The translations under genes and the position numbers were made by a program. Positions 62,703 through 64,000 of a stretch of 64,000 nt of DNA are shown here, one piece after another. Where the stretch lies: the NCBI GenBank assembly GCA_036172245.1, contig JAYWIR010000001.1, forward strand, positions 186,001 through 250,000, given 5' to 3'. How positions within the stretch are numbered: position 1 is the first letter of the stretch; every line of letters begins with the position of its first letter. The notes below the pieces were generated by a model. That model worked only from the letters and a program-made list of their open reading frames with translations, was not told the origin of the DNA and ran no database searches. The stretch is from Raillietiella orientalis. Lineage: Eukaryota.

Positions 62703-63795
62703 CAGGAAGATTATCAAAAATAAATAAACACCTTTATTATATGTGTATTCACACATAGATTAATGCACGTTATAAAGATTGTAAAAAAGTATATATATAT
62801 ATATATATATACACATGTTTGTGGAATATTAATGTATATTTAGGCACATAGGGAATGCATGTGTAAAGAAATGAATACATAAATAGGGGATTGCAAAGAG
62901 ATGTGTTTGCCCCACGATCAAAATTCCGAAAAATGAAAGTCCTTCATTGTTGACGAAGTTCCGTTCGTTCCGTGCTGGAAACGACAGGAAGAAGGAGTGC
63001 CAAATTCCTTTTTTCGTGTTTCTTTCATTTGCTCGTTTGTTTTTTACTTTATTTTATTTTCCACCATTTTTTATTGATACCATTGTTTTTAATTTTTTAT
63101 AATTCGATATTTGTGTATTCATCTAACATATATGTATTATATATATAAATACGTATAATAAATATATGTATTAATTTTTTATAATCGTAACGATACGTAT
63201 TAATTTATCTAATAATCTATATATGAATGTATGCATTCATATGTATAATAAACGCATGTATTTTTTATAATCTTCAAGATATGTATTAATAACATATGGA
63301 TGCACATCGTTAATTATGTCAATAATACATGTGTTAAAAGATATGTATGTTAGAATACATTTGTATGTTACTCTCTATACAAATATAGATAGTAGTATAT
63401 GCAATGAACGTATTACTTATTATATTAACGTATATAATGAAAGTATGTATTTATTTTTTTCTAATCGTTATGATACATGTAAATGTGTACTTTAATCCAT
63501 ATCCGAATTCATAATAAACGTATTATAACTCTTACTGATGACGTATTTTAACATATATTAATAAATATGTATGTTAAAATAATATCACTGCTAATAAATA
63601 GGTATGCTAAAATGAATTTGTAACGTTTATGTATATATAAATTATATATATTAATACGCATAATAAGCGTATGCATTTTCTTTATCTTTGTAATACTTAT
63701 TAATCCACACAATTAACCTATATATAAATATATATATGTAACAAGCACATGTACTTATTTTTAAGATATCGGCATTTCGGTCGCTCTGGATTTCG
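62703..63795. repeat. AT-rich block family member, module in reverse orientation
   Basis: 62880-63110 is a diverged reverse complement of ~53330-53550. Confidence 0.7.
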
Positions 63796-64000
63796 AAGGG
63801 GACCCGCTGTAAACACGTGAGGGCCTTTTTCCAGAGCAGTCAGGGAAAAGTGAAGATGAAAGTTCTTATTCTTCCACTCTGCGCGTCGCACGGGAGGCGG
63901 CAGACGATCCCGGGATGCGTTTTGTGCTTCGAAGCTCCGCGCTCGTTCCCTCCCGATTTCCGTTCCTGGAGCGGGTCCAAGGCAAAGTCCGCTCTGAAGA

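Overview
Eukaryotic (invertebrate, probably arthropod; inference only) genomic DNA, GC-rich with abrupt AT-rich blocks and very short introns. The one clearly supported gene is an FGFRL1/nou-darake-like kinase-less FGF receptor on the + strand: 7 identifiable exons at 11705-24846 encoding 3 Ig domains, a TM helix and a Tyr/His-containing tail. Its signal-peptide exon was not found. A diverged tandem paralog (Ig1 exons 52675-52790 and 56222-56378, same intron phases) probably continues past the window end. The rest is mostly repeats: about a dozen copies of a ~650-700 bp tRNA-headed SINE-like family, seven AT-rich blocks sharing end motifs and an internal module, two decayed head-to-tail Penelope-like retroelements, LINE fragments, pogo-type and piggyBac-type non-autonomous elements, a long inverted repeat at the left edge, a near-identical ~507 bp duplication and a degenerate (CCTAA)-like array. 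No prokaryotic features, CRISPR array or rRNA were seen. All homology calls are from motif recognition by eye, not database searches; repeat boundaries are approximate.
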